A stretch of 38,427 bases of DNA from a virus: IMG/VR virus record IMGVR_UViG_3300037882_000760, positions 1 to 38,427 of that record. One strand, written 5' to 3'. Below are positions 17,960-26,640 of the stretch, piece by piece. Every line of letters starts with the position of its first letter. The first letter of the stretch is position 1. Position numbers and translations under genes: made by a program. The notes under the pieces are model-generated. The model did no database searches. It worked only from the letters and a program-made list of their open reading frames with translations, and had not been told where the DNA came from.

Positions 17960-18674
17960 TATCTTCTCTGATTAAAAAGCTATTTTTATCTACTAAAACT
18001 TTTTTCGGTTTGGCTCCATCAAGTCTATAAACATCTTTACATATCTTAATCCAGTTAATAGCTTGAGCTTGTTGAAGTGTTAAAAACTGACTAACCACGC
18101 TCAAAGTATCAAAGGCTTCAATACTTGTATAGTCATCTTCTGAATCCCCATCTACAAAGTTGTTAGGCCAATCGGCTGTAATATCTTTTCGGTATTGTTG
18201 CACTTGTCCAAACTCTATCCCGTAAGCCTTGCGCGCGGTGAAGTTCCACGTTTCAACCTCCCCATTATAGTTAATCCATGCAAGTAGTATTTCTTGATAA
18301 GTGCATGACTGATTAATGTCTATGGTCTTTAATTCGCTTAGGTTAATTATTGGGCCTTGTACATTAACGCTATCAATATTTAGCATTACCTCCATAGCTT
18401 CATCATCAGATTCTAAATAGACTCCTATTTGCTCGGTCATTGAATCCGCTGTGAATATTGTTTGTAAGTCTAACCATGTATCTGTGTCTGATGTTGAATC
18501 GATAAACTGAACACTATCTAAATCAGCAAACTCAAAGCCAACGGGCAATAAATACGCCTTATTAAAACCCGTTAAGTCTTGGCCACTATCAATTCTTATT
18601 TTAGCACTCAAAACATATTGAGAACCAACACTCACATTTATAGGAGTATCACCTGTAAATAAATACTTGCTCAT
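17892..18674 (-). CDS. Tail-associated protein with a carbohydrate-binding-module-like N-terminal half
   Basis: 260 aa with a beta-rich N-terminal region. ATGA overlap with the 830-aa gene. Confidence 0.55.
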   Translation of the reverse strand: MSKYLFTGDTPINVSVGSQYVLSAKIRIDSGQDLTGFNKAYLLPVGFEFADLDSVQFIDSTSDTDTWLDLQTIFTADSMTEQIGVYLESDDEAMEVMLNIDSVNVQGPIINLSELKTIDINQSCTYQEILLAWINYNGEVETWNFTARKAYGIEFGQVQQYRKDITADWPNNFVDGDSEDDYTSIEAFDTLSVVSQFLTLQQAQAINWIKICKDVYRLDGAKPKKVLVDKNSFLIREDNDKLFQVTFIIRSTERLPVQTA

Positions 18675-21163
18675 ATATCCGTATATCCAAGGCGTGAGAA
18701 ATAAGTTTTAATCGTATTTTCAAAAGCTATTATTTGAGTAGGGGTTAGATAGGCACCTGCATAAGCTGCGTATATTCTTCTCGGTGCTGTGCCTAAAGTA
18801 TATCGGCCTGCAACAAATTTACTATTAGTAATCGATACTGGGGCGGTGGTAAAAGGGCTTGGACTTCCTGCAAAGTTTGCCAACTCTGAACCATCGTAAA
18901 ATATTCTTTTACTACTTCCCGTTAAAGTGGTGCTAATATGGTCAATCTTACGGCCAACACTAGGAACTACATTTGCGCCCCTAGTTGCTGTGCCTCCGTT
19001 TATTTTACTATTACTTCCGCCTGCAACCTGCCTACCTACTAATTTATTATTGTCATCTAATGTACCTATTTGGCTAACCTCGTTATTAACTCCGTTACTA
19101 TTACACAAGAACCCTATCGATGCGCTGTTTAATTGAAAATTACCTCCACCGCCAAAGGGGTTGAATATTAGGTCTAAATTATCTCCTACTAAACTAAGCA
19201 AATAACAAGCATCGTACTTATCTAATGTTGCATCCTGTATAGTTGTGAAAGTTGGGCTACCATTAACCACTAAAGATGATGCAGGGTCAATCCAATTGAG
19301 CTTTGAATTAAATAATGAGTTGCTTCCCATTATATAAAGGAAGTCTAATTCATTATATATACCCTCTGCTTTTAAATCTTCAAATAGTTCATTTTGCCAG
19401 ATAGCCACTTGATTACTAGGCTTAACATCAAAAGCATTGTATAAGGCTATAAAGTCAGCATCAGAACAATTGAATAAATCAAATGTATTTACCCTTAAAG
19501 AACCTGTACCCTCATAAAATATTGAATTATCAAACGTTAATAAAACGCATTCACCTTGTGTAATATTCCAATCACTAGGAGGCTCCCCCGTGGGGTCGGC
19601 TGTTGTATCAAACGTACCACCATCACCATCCTGAAATAAATTAAGCGGCTCTATAATTAATTGAGCGGTGGCGTATTTGGTAGATGTTAAAAAAGTAATT
19701 GAATCCAACGTGAATCTATATACCCCATCACCTTCCTGTTCTACGCTTATACGGTCTGTTTGTAGTGCGTTGTTTTGGTTATCATATTGAATCACCCTTA
19801 AAGCTCCACCACCAACACCCGATAAAAGCGAAAGTGTTTCCTCAGGGATAATAGTTGAAAGATAAAAGGTCTTACCTAAGAAGTAAGTTGGCCTATCGAA
19901 TAGAGTTAAGAATTTATTTTCAAATACATTTTGGTTTGAGTTTTGAACAAACTGCCCAACGTTACCACCGTTAACATATTGAAAAGGCATTTTTGAGTAA
20001 AGTGAATAAATGTAAGCGGTGCAAACTCCTGATATTACATTGAAGTCATAAGCGTAAATATCTAATGTGCCCAAACCAAGAAACAAGGCACCCTTAAATC
20101 CGATATTTGAATAATTAGATGAAGGAGTAAAATATGTATTTACACTTACTGATCCATTAGATGTTAAAAACTCACGATAAATAAGCGTTTCAGTCGGTAA
20201 TCCTGCATCTAGGTACACATCGAAAATACCTGTATAGGTTTGAGTTACCTCTAAATTGAATATTAAGTTATACCGTAATCCTTGAATAAAATTAAAATCC
20301 TGTTTAAATATCTGTGAATAGTCATCCGTTACGCCAGCAGCTAATACCATTTCCATGTCGTTACCTGTCCAGCTCCATATTTCACCACCACTCTGAGAAT
20401 TACTTTCTACATTATCCCATGTTCCTGATGGGTCGCTTTCAAAATCATTGTATAAAAGCTCATCTGATTCTGTGCAATCTTCGTACACGTCTAAAGTGTA
20501 GGACGTTGTTTCGCTTGTTACTATCGTTCCGTTGCTTACATCGTAAGTTTCCGCAAACTCAATATAGAAGCTAGTCCATTGATTGATATGGTTTTGCGAT
20601 TCGTTAAAATCAACTGTACCATTAACCTTTGATTTCACTAAACCTGAAACATCAACGATAGCAATGTTATCCGATTGAGGCTCCACCAATATAGTAGATA
20701 TTAAACTCATTGGGTCTTCTAATGCTAATGGATGTTCGGGGGCTATACCTGCATAAAGCTTAACATTAACGTAGTAATTGCGGTATGTTCTTTGAAGTGT
20801 GCCCGTTGCCGTTGCACTAAAAGGTAAATCCAAAGTAATGTATTCTGCAAACACTCTTCTTATTTTCCATTTACCAATATAAGAAGCTACCGAGCTAGTG
20901 ATAATCTCTAAGTATTCAAGCTTTAGGTATGTTTCATAACTGCCAGTTAACTTAAATCTAGCATAGCCTCCATCGCTATCCACCACGCTAAAAGTATCAA
21001 CTGAATCGACTGTATTATTAGGGTAAAGGTCGCTTTCAATTTGGTATTGCATTGGAAGCTCTGAGGCATTCCAACGGGAAGTGTAATAACTCTCCTCGTA
21101 TGTTTCGGGAGGGTTGTTAACGGTTAATTCCTTTTGTGGTCTACTTAGTACTTGTAATGCCAT
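18671..21163 (-). CDS. Large receptor-binding/tail fibre protein with CBM-like and C-terminal LamG/concanavalin-like regions
   Basis: 830 aa, the largest virion ORF. Domain calls are by eye only. Confidence 0.6.
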   Translation of the reverse strand: MALQVLSRPQKELTVNNPPETYEESYYTSRWNASELPMQYQIESDLYPNNTVDSVDTFSVVDSDGGYARFKLTGSYETYLKLEYLEIITSSVASYIGKWKIRRVFAEYITLDLPFSATATGTLQRTYRNYYVNVKLYAGIAPEHPLALEDPMSLISTILVEPQSDNIAIVDVSGLVKSKVNGTVDFNESQNHINQWTSFYIEFAETYDVSNGTIVTSETTSYTLDVYEDCTESDELLYNDFESDPSGTWDNVESNSQSGGEIWSWTGNDMEMVLAAGVTDDYSQIFKQDFNFIQGLRYNLIFNLEVTQTYTGIFDVYLDAGLPTETLIYREFLTSNGSVSVNTYFTPSSNYSNIGFKGALFLGLGTLDIYAYDFNVISGVCTAYIYSLYSKMPFQYVNGGNVGQFVQNSNQNVFENKFLTLFDRPTYFLGKTFYLSTIIPEETLSLLSGVGGGALRVIQYDNQNNALQTDRISVEQEGDGVYRFTLDSITFLTSTKYATAQLIIEPLNLFQDGDGGTFDTTADPTGEPPSDWNITQGECVLLTFDNSIFYEGTGSLRVNTFDLFNCSDADFIALYNAFDVKPSNQVAIWQNELFEDLKAEGIYNELDFLYIMGSNSLFNSKLNWIDPASSLVVNGSPTFTTIQDATLDKYDACYLLSLVGDNLDLIFNPFGGGGNFQLNSASIGFLCNSNGVNNEVSQIGTLDDNNKLVGRQVAGGSNSKINGGTATRGANVVPSVGRKIDHISTTLTGSSKRIFYDGSELANFAGSPSPFTTAPVSITNSKFVAGRYTLGTAPRRIYAAYAGAYLTPTQIIAFENTIKTYFSRLGYTDI

Positions 21164-21632
21164 TGAGTAATACGCTATCGACTTTTTGTAAATATACTAA
21201 TTCTATTTGGTCTGCCATTTCTTTTTCGATTCTATCGATTAGGCTATCGTTAATAATTGAACTGAATACATTCTCGTAACGTCCTTGACCTCGGTATAAA
21301 GCGGTTCCACTATCCCCTATTTTACGGGCTATTAAGAACGCTAACGAATCTTTGCTTATTCCTTTAGGCACTATACCCTTATCATCTATCCATTGGCGTA
21401 TTGAATCAATCGGAGGTCTTCCCCCAGGGCGCCTACCTTTTTCAACAAAGTACCAATATCCAATGCCCGATATTGTTAGCTCCGCTGTTGTTGGTGTTTC
21501 TTTTACCGTTGATTCTAAAGACCTCGAAAGTTTGCCGCTTGCATTAACTCCTAACTTCGCAAGGTTAGCCTGCAAATCGATTACGATTTCATTACCTTGC
21601 TTAATCAGTATATCAGATAAGGTACTCAACAA
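21141..21632 (-). CDS. Virion morphogenesis/neck protein (HK97 gp10-like?)
   Basis: 163 aa with a TTG start and no in-frame ATG nearby. Motif FVEKGRRPGGRPPIDSIRQWIDDKGI. Confidence 0.5.
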   Translation of the reverse strand: MLSTLSDILIKQGNEIVIDLQANLAKLGVNASGKLSRSLESTVKETPTTAELTISGIGYWYFVEKGRRPGGRPPIDSIRQWIDDKGIVPKGISKDSLAFLIARKIGDSGTALYRGQGRYENVFSSIINDSLIDRIEKEMADQIELVYLQKVDSVLLNGITSTK

Positions 21633-22075
21633 GGGTCGGATTTAAGTATTTCTACTGTCATTGTGATTCGATGACCTGTAACTATTAACATCTGGTCACG
21701 ATAGAACGGAACCCATGAAGCGGCCAAAATACTTATTGTGTCAGAATCATTGAACGAGTAAACAAGCTGATTGCAAATCTCATCAGTTAGTTCTGTGATA
21801 GCTCGCATTTCATTGGGTAGGCTGTCGGCTTGGTCTTGTACCATTACATCAATATTGACCGAGTAAGTACGCGTACTTTTAATTGTGCCCGTTAATATTG
21901 TGCTTTGTGAGGTCGCTGGCTCCATCCATATAATAGGATTGTTAATACCTTGGTTCAATACCTTATCGGCTTCGATAGTAAAGAAATCTGAAAGCCTGCC
22001 ATGTCCAAACACAACATTGAACGGCAAATTATTGACCGCTGATTCTATTTCAGTATGTAGTGTTTTGTAGCTCAT
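21626..22075 (-). CDS. Hypothetical virion/neck protein
   Basis: 149 aa. ATGA overlap with the upstream ORF. Confidence 0.55.
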   Translation of the reverse strand: MSYKTLHTEIESAVNNLPFNVVFGHGRLSDFFTIEADKVLNQGINNPIIWMEPATSQSTILTGTIKSTRTYSVNIDVMVQDQADSLPNEMRAITELTDEICNQLVYSFNDSDTISILAASWVPFYRDQMLIVTGHRITMTVEILKSDPC

Positions 22076-22263
22076 CTCCTTATTCTTGCTTGCTCCATTT
22101 CTCTTTTCATTTGGTAAACATTCTTTAGTTCGTTTTGATACGCTGTCTTATGGCTCATGTACTGCAATTTAGTCAAAACATGGTAGGTTGACAAACTTAA
22201 AACTTCATCTTCTTTAGTAATGTCGCCACCTGTTAAAGCTTCGAGCGTAACCAATAAACCCAT
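22072..22263 (-). CDS. Small ORF that is probably the -1-frame extension of 22233-22832
   Basis: The first ATG is at 22263 (the track used GTG at 22272). This frame is open upstream exactly to the T9 run at 22366-22374 and is closed there by TGA at 22375-22377. Confidence 0.5.
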   Translation of the reverse strand: MGLLVTLEALTGGDITKEDEVLSLSTYHVLTKLQYMSHKTAYQNELKNVYQMKREMEQARIRR

Positions 22264-22832
22264 TTGCTCCACAAAGTCTTTAACGCCTGCTTGGATTTCT
22301 TCTTGTTCGTAATCGTTGTGAGCACATCTTGCTTCATGCCAAGCTCTAATCCTATCGATTTCAAGAAAAAAAAATCAACTATCGAATAAATATCCATCCA
22401 AGGTAATGATTCAATATCACTCACATACTTCTTTGCCTCGGTTGAATTGTATTGCCCCACCTTCATATATTGATAAGCGCACGCCACGATTAACGGATAA
22501 TTGGCGCGCATTACTTCTGTCTGATTAGAGGCTGACACCACTTGCATGGTCAGGGCTTTTATATCTTCAATCAAACCGAAAGGCCAATTGCCTATATCGT
22601 TAGGTAAATTGATTCCTAGAATAGATTCTACTTTGTGGGATTTCTTATCGGGTAGGTCAGAAATAAATCCTATCGATTTAATCAGGTCCATCACCTCTTT
22701 TACTGGCCTTTGCTTTAGCTCGGTCAATGGGATTGAATAAATAATCGATACATAGTCAAGGTTATCACCCCCATCATCCATATTAATGATTAGGTCGTGA
22801 TATTGTTTCCAGCTTAAATCTTTCCAGTTCAT
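22233..22832 (-). CDS. Hypothetical protein downstream of terL; zero-frame product of a candidate frameshift pair
   Basis: 199 aa with an ATGA overlap to terL. Contains GAU UUU UUU UUC (D153-F156). Confidence 0.6.
   Translation of the reverse strand: MNWKDLSWKQYHDLIINMDDGGDNLDYVSIIYSIPLTELKQRPVKEVMDLIKSIGFISDLPDKKSHKVESILGINLPNDIGNWPFGLIEDIKALTMQVVSASNQTEVMRANYPLIVACAYQYMKVGQYNSTEAKKYVSDIESLPWMDIYSIVDFFFLKSIGLELGMKQDVLTTITNKKKSKQALKTLWSKWVYWLRSKL
22366..22374 (-). other. T9 homopolymer; candidate -1 ribosomal frameshift or transcriptional slippage site
   Basis: A9 on the plus strand, giving U UUU UUU UU in the mRNA. The -1 frame opens precisely here and runs 100 codons to the ATGA junction at 22072-22075. 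Confidence 0.45.
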
Positions 22833-24262
22833 CGTCTTCGGTGTAGTTGTATTTGAGGTTGTAAAATCTTGTTTACTAATTTATCAATTGCCATTATCGC
22901 ACAATCCACCAAGTCGTCATGTTGCCCGTTAGGGAAGCTTGTAAGCTGATGAATAAATAAATCATTCCATAAAGCTTTTTTAATCTTAACCCTTTTCGTT
23001 TCAAATACCGAGCTTACCGCGTGTAACCTTGTAATCTTGTCGCTTTCTGGTGCCTTGTCTTCAATGATGTTTATTCCGCTAATCGCGCGCAACTGTTGAA
23101 CTATACTTTTACCGCTTGCTTTAGGTTCCACATAAAAGCGGCTCATTACGTTTGCCCCGTTTTCAGTCCAGACCTCTTTAATCTTATCGCACAACTGAGG
23201 GAACTCTAAGCGCAAGTTGTAAACGTTCAATATGTAAATGTCATTATTTATTATCTTAAATGCAATAATGCCCGTGGCATCGTTGGAGGTCTTAGCGGTA
23301 TATGCGGTATCGGCTACGAATAAAACGGGGCTATTGTTTGCGGGCTCAAAGTCAATCACTTCTAACCATTCGCTTTTAATAATGTTACCGCCTTCACTAA
23401 TCGGGCTTTGCTGATATAGGGAGCTAAAAGTCTTTTGGCTTAGTTCTTTGGCCTCGTATAACCTTTGCAAGCTGTGACGATTTGGCCATAAGGCTTCCCC
23501 TATTTGCCTAGGGTCTTCTTTGTTTAAATCGTCCACCTTTATAGCTGGCAACATTAAGACAGTCCAGTCATTTTCCAAAGCAAGTAAACGCCCTGCGAGG
23601 TCGTCTTCATGCCAACGGGTCATTGTTAGTAATTGTTGGCTATCGTTATGTAATCGGGTTTTTAAAACAGAAACGTACCACTCCCAAACGTTATCCCTTA
23701 CGCGTTGAGAATAGGCATCCATTGCATCTTTAACGGGGTCATCGATTATTGATATATCGGCAGGTGTTCCCGTTAATGAGCCACCAACACCAACGGACTT
23801 ATAGAAGCCTCTATGCTTTACGATTTCAAATATATCAGCGTTACGAAGATACGAACCTGCCGCAGCATTCTTAACGTTTGAACCGTTCAATAATGTATCT
23901 GGGAATAGTTCTCGGTACTCTTCGCTATCAATACCCCTTTGAACATCTCTATTAAATGCACTCGATAGGTCTGATGAATAAGAAGCCCCTACTATCTTCT
24001 TTGTTGGGTACTTCCCTAGTATGTAGGCTGGCAGCTTCCTTGATACTAATTCGCTTTTGCCATGTTGAGGAGGCATGAAGACCGCAAGCTTTTGAATATC
24101 GCCTTTGATGAACCTATCTAGGTACGAGCATAGCAGTAAATGGTGCCAGTTGAATTGATAGTCTGGCTTGGTATGCCTTACGAACTCGGACATTGACCGC
24201 CTTGCTTGCTCGTGCTTAATCTGCTGGAGAATGTTGTTTGGCAGGTTCATTGTGTTAACCAT
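22829..24262 (-). CDS. terL: Terminase large subunit
   Basis: The track ORF starts at TTG (24295); the first ATG is at 24262. Walker A-like FMPPQHGKSE, TMTRWHEDD, and a C-terminal nuclease part FVADTAYTAK...HDDLVDC. Confidence 0.9.
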   Translation of the reverse strand: MVNTMNLPNNILQQIKHEQARRSMSEFVRHTKPDYQFNWHHLLLCSYLDRFIKGDIQKLAVFMPPQHGKSELVSRKLPAYILGKYPTKKIVGASYSSDLSSAFNRDVQRGIDSEEYRELFPDTLLNGSNVKNAAAGSYLRNADIFEIVKHRGFYKSVGVGGSLTGTPADISIIDDPVKDAMDAYSQRVRDNVWEWYVSVLKTRLHNDSQQLLTMTRWHEDDLAGRLLALENDWTVLMLPAIKVDDLNKEDPRQIGEALWPNRHSLQRLYEAKELSQKTFSSLYQQSPISEGGNIIKSEWLEVIDFEPANNSPVLFVADTAYTAKTSNDATGIIAFKIINNDIYILNVYNLRLEFPQLCDKIKEVWTENGANVMSRFYVEPKASGKSIVQQLRAISGINIIEDKAPESDKITRLHAVSSVFETKRVKIKKALWNDLFIHQLTSFPNGQHDDLVDCAIMAIDKLVNKILQPQIQLHRRR

Positions 24263-24295
24263 TTTTTTTTGCGATAGGTAATCCAAATTTAACAA

Positions 24296-25065
24296 ATGTT
24301 TGATTTCATTAGCCTAAAACAATATCGCTTACTTTTTCGGGCTATCCTATTAACTTATATCGATTCTATTAAACCTACCGCGCTAACTCAAAGATTCTCA
24401 ATTTCTATTAACGGCCATTTATACAAATCGAAAAAAGTAACGATAACTTTTTTCTCGGCTCCTAATACAAATGTTGATTTTCTGATAAAGACTTTCGGTA
24501 ACTCAAAGATTCTAAAATTTGTATAATCTTGATTTATACAAACTGAAAAAATAATCAGTTGTTAACTTTTAAGATTTCTGTAAATGTATTAATATTTGTA
24601 TAGATTTCTGTAATTAACACGAACAAAAAAGGCCATTTAAACGCAATAAAGGCACTTTTTTAGGCTCCTTATTAATTCTATTAATTTCTATTAAAGAGTA
24701 CTGATTGTATTAACGTCATTTTGCTAACTCAAAGATTATTTTATACAAATTCATTTAAAGTATTTCTAATGAAATAATCTTATCGAAAGCTTATCAGCGA
24801 TTTCTATAAACTTCTATCAATTTCTGATAAACGGATTTGATAACCGAAGGATTATTTTAATAGAATCCGACAGGCTGATTTCTGTTAAAATAAAGTTGTC
24901 GTTACTTTTTGGCCAAATTCTATAAACTTATCAAAGTTTCATTAGCTTGGGCTCGCTAACTCGCGTTAAGTCCTGACATTTTCTTTATCGAGGGATTCTG
25001 TATAACCATAAGATTATTTAGCAATTTCGCTGAATCCTATTAATTCAATACGATTTCATTAACAA
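24296..25065. repeat. Gene-free 770-bp array of short degenerate repeats between terS and terL (candidate pac/recognition, origin or regulatory region)
   Basis: About 21 same-orientation copies of (G)ATT(T/C)C(T/A)NTWA(A), plus one inverted copy (24857-24866). CTAACTCAAAGATT occurs 3 times and TTATACAAA 3 times. Minus-strand frames are full of stop codons. Confidence 0.85.
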
Positions 25066-25500
25066 TCACGAATTACCGCTGGTTGAATCACTTATTGCCT
25101 TTGATAGGATACTTAGCTCCGAATCGCTCAATTTAGTCAGGTCAATGTTTTGTGTCTTGATTGCGCCTCCATCGGCTCCCGTGTGTTCTAAGCTTACCTT
25201 GTCACCGAACTTCTTAGGGGCATACTTTGAAGCCTTCCAACGGTAATGACTTGCCAACTCTCTGGCCCTTGTCATTTCGATAGGGTCTTTTTCCGCTTCT
25301 CTAATAACTTTTTCCGCTAAGTCTGAATAAGATTCGGCTGCATCCTGTTTAGCTTCGCGCACGCGCGCGGAATGGGCCTCATTATTAATAAAATTACGAA
25401 ATGTTGTGTATGGCTGTTGATAAAAGTTGGCTATATCGTGGTTTGACTTACCCGAAAGAATCAGCTCAATCACTTCTTCAATATCAAATGGCCGTTTCAT
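25066..25500 (-). CDS. terS: Terminase small subunit
   Basis: 144 aa. N-terminal HTH (SNHDIANFYQQPYTTFRNFI), then YSDLAEKVIREAE...RARELASHYRWKASKYAPKKFGDK, typical of small terminases. Confidence 0.75.
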   Translation of the reverse strand: MKRPFDIEEVIELILSGKSNHDIANFYQQPYTTFRNFINNEAHSARVREAKQDAAESYSDLAEKVIREAEKDPIEMTRARELASHYRWKASKYAPKKFGDKVSLEHTGADGGAIKTQNIDLTKLSDSELSILSKAISDSTSGNS

Positions 25501-25541
25501 AAGCTAGTTAGTTTCTCTGCCAATTTACGCAATTTCTCTGG

Positions 25542-25721
25542 TTATCCTGCTAGTTTATTGTCAGGAATATGAGTGAGTACTTCTTTCATTTCGGCTATTA
25601 GGTATTCTTTTTTACTTTCTTTAGTAAGGTGTTCAAACACTATACCCCTATCTTGCATAGCCGTTTTAATTGGATTACCAATGTAGGTTATTCTATCGCC
25701 TTCTTTGAATTGGTATTTCAT
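25542..25721 (-). CDS. Hypothetical small protein (59 aa)
   Basis: Translated by hand: MKYQFKEGDRITYIGNPIKTAMQDRGIVFEHLTKESKKEYLIAEMKEVLTHIPDNKLAG. Fills an otherwise empty gap. Confidence 0.4.
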   Translation of the reverse strand: MKYQFKEGDRITYIGNPIKTAMQDRGIVFEHLTKESKKEYLIAEMKEVLTHIPDNKLAG

Positions 25722-25847
25722 AACTTATCAATATTTTGAGTTAAAAACATGGCATATCTTACCCGAAATTCTCCATCGGGCAAAACCATTAAAGCCCAAT
25801 CAAGACACCAAGTGGCAATCAGTTTTTTGATTTCTATTTTAATTTGT

Positions 25848-26060
25848 CTAATGGTCTTCATCGAAGTATAGTTTAATTCCAAAATTACTATCGTGTTTTA
25901 ACCGTTCCTTAGCCTCGCAGTGCTCTTTAAATTCTTGTAAGGCTGCTCTATACCCTTCGGGGGTGTTCGTGTATTTAAAGGCTAATTTAGCCCATTGGAT
26001 AATTACCCAAATTAAAAGTAGGTAGCAATAGATTGAGGTAAGGTGTATTAGTGTTTCCAT
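25848..26060 (-). CDS. Small membrane protein
   Basis: 70 aa with one TM segment (LTSIYCYLLLIWVIIQWAKLAF). Confidence 0.55.
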   Translation of the reverse strand: METLIHLTSIYCYLLLIWVIIQWAKLAFKYTNTPEGYRAALQEFKEHCEAKERLKHDSNFGIKLYFDEDH

Positions 26061-26215
26061 GATTTTACTTTAAGTACTGCCAAAATATCATGATTTTCTT
26101 TATTGGTTTGCGAGTAAAATATTACTCTATCTTTTCGATAATGGTACACTGGCAAGTATTCAAACATAATAGCTACTGTATAAGGTTCTATATTTATTGG
26201 ATATACTACTTTCAT
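26048..26215 (-). CDS. Hypothetical small protein (55 aa)
   Basis: Translated by hand: MKVVYPINIEPYTVAIMFEYLPVYHYRKDRVIFYSQTNKENHDILAVLKVKSWKH. ATGA overlap with the upstream small ORF. Confidence 0.4.
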   Translation of the reverse strand: MKVVYPINIEPYTVAIMFEYLPVYHYRKDRVIFYSQTNKENHDILAVLKVKSWKH

Positions 26216-26370
26216 TTCATTAACTGTCTATGTCTTAAATTGATTCTCAGCTCGGTTTCATTCATTAGTCTGATTCCCGATTTAACTGGCTTTAGGAAGT
26301 CGAAATCTTCGGATGTCATTTTCATGTAAGGGTGCTTACGGTTGCGCCCGTTGTCTAGGTATCTTCCCAT
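26212..26370 (-). CDS. Hypothetical small protein (52 aa)
   Basis: Translated by hand: MGRYLDNGRNRKHPYMKMTSEDFDFLKPVKSGIRLMNETELRINLRHRQLMK. Starts 2 nt after the stop of the lipoprotein gene. Confidence 0.4.
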   Translation of the reverse strand: MGRYLDNGRNRKHPYMKMTSEDFDFLKPVKSGIRLMNETELRINLRHRQLMK

Positions 26371-26372
26371 TA

Positions 26373-26612
26373 TTATTGTTCGTTTGTGTAGACTTTAATT
26401 ATTTGCCCCATTAAATTTGATTTTTGGCCATCTACATAGAAAACTATGTGATGTTCATTGATAAATTGAAAGCTATCGGCCTCAACCCTTCCAGATGTTG
26501 TCCAATTATTATCATCTGACTTTGCTATCGTATAGGCTCTTTGTGATTTAATAGTGTCTACTTTTTCAGTACATGCAGAAAGTATTAGCAATAGAAATAA
26601 GTATTTTTTCAT
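26373..26612 (-). CDS. Small secreted lipoprotein (superinfection-exclusion candidate)
   Basis: 79 aa. MKKYLFLLLILSAC gives a signal peptide plus lipobox LSA|C. Confidence 0.65.
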   Translation of the reverse strand: MKKYLFLLLILSACTEKVDTIKSQRAYTIAKSDDNNWTTSGRVEADSFQFINEHHIVFYVDGQKSNLMGQIIKVYTNEQ

Positions 26613-26640
26613 TAGTTAGTTTGTTTAAGTTTAAAATGGT

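Noticed and set aside
24296-24526. Plus-strand 76-aa ORF, the only ORF in the terS-terL gap.
   Set aside because: It would be the only plus-strand gene in the genome. Its sequence is simply the translation of the short DNA repeats (ISI, DSIK, SKIL) and it starts abutting the terL upstream region. I treat it as non-coding but cannot fully exclude it.
24296-25065. Possible CRISPR array or tandem satellite.
   Set aside because: The repeat core is only about 10 bp and degenerate, with irregular spacing (7-70 bp). There is no 25-40 nt conserved repeat and no unique spacers of constant length.
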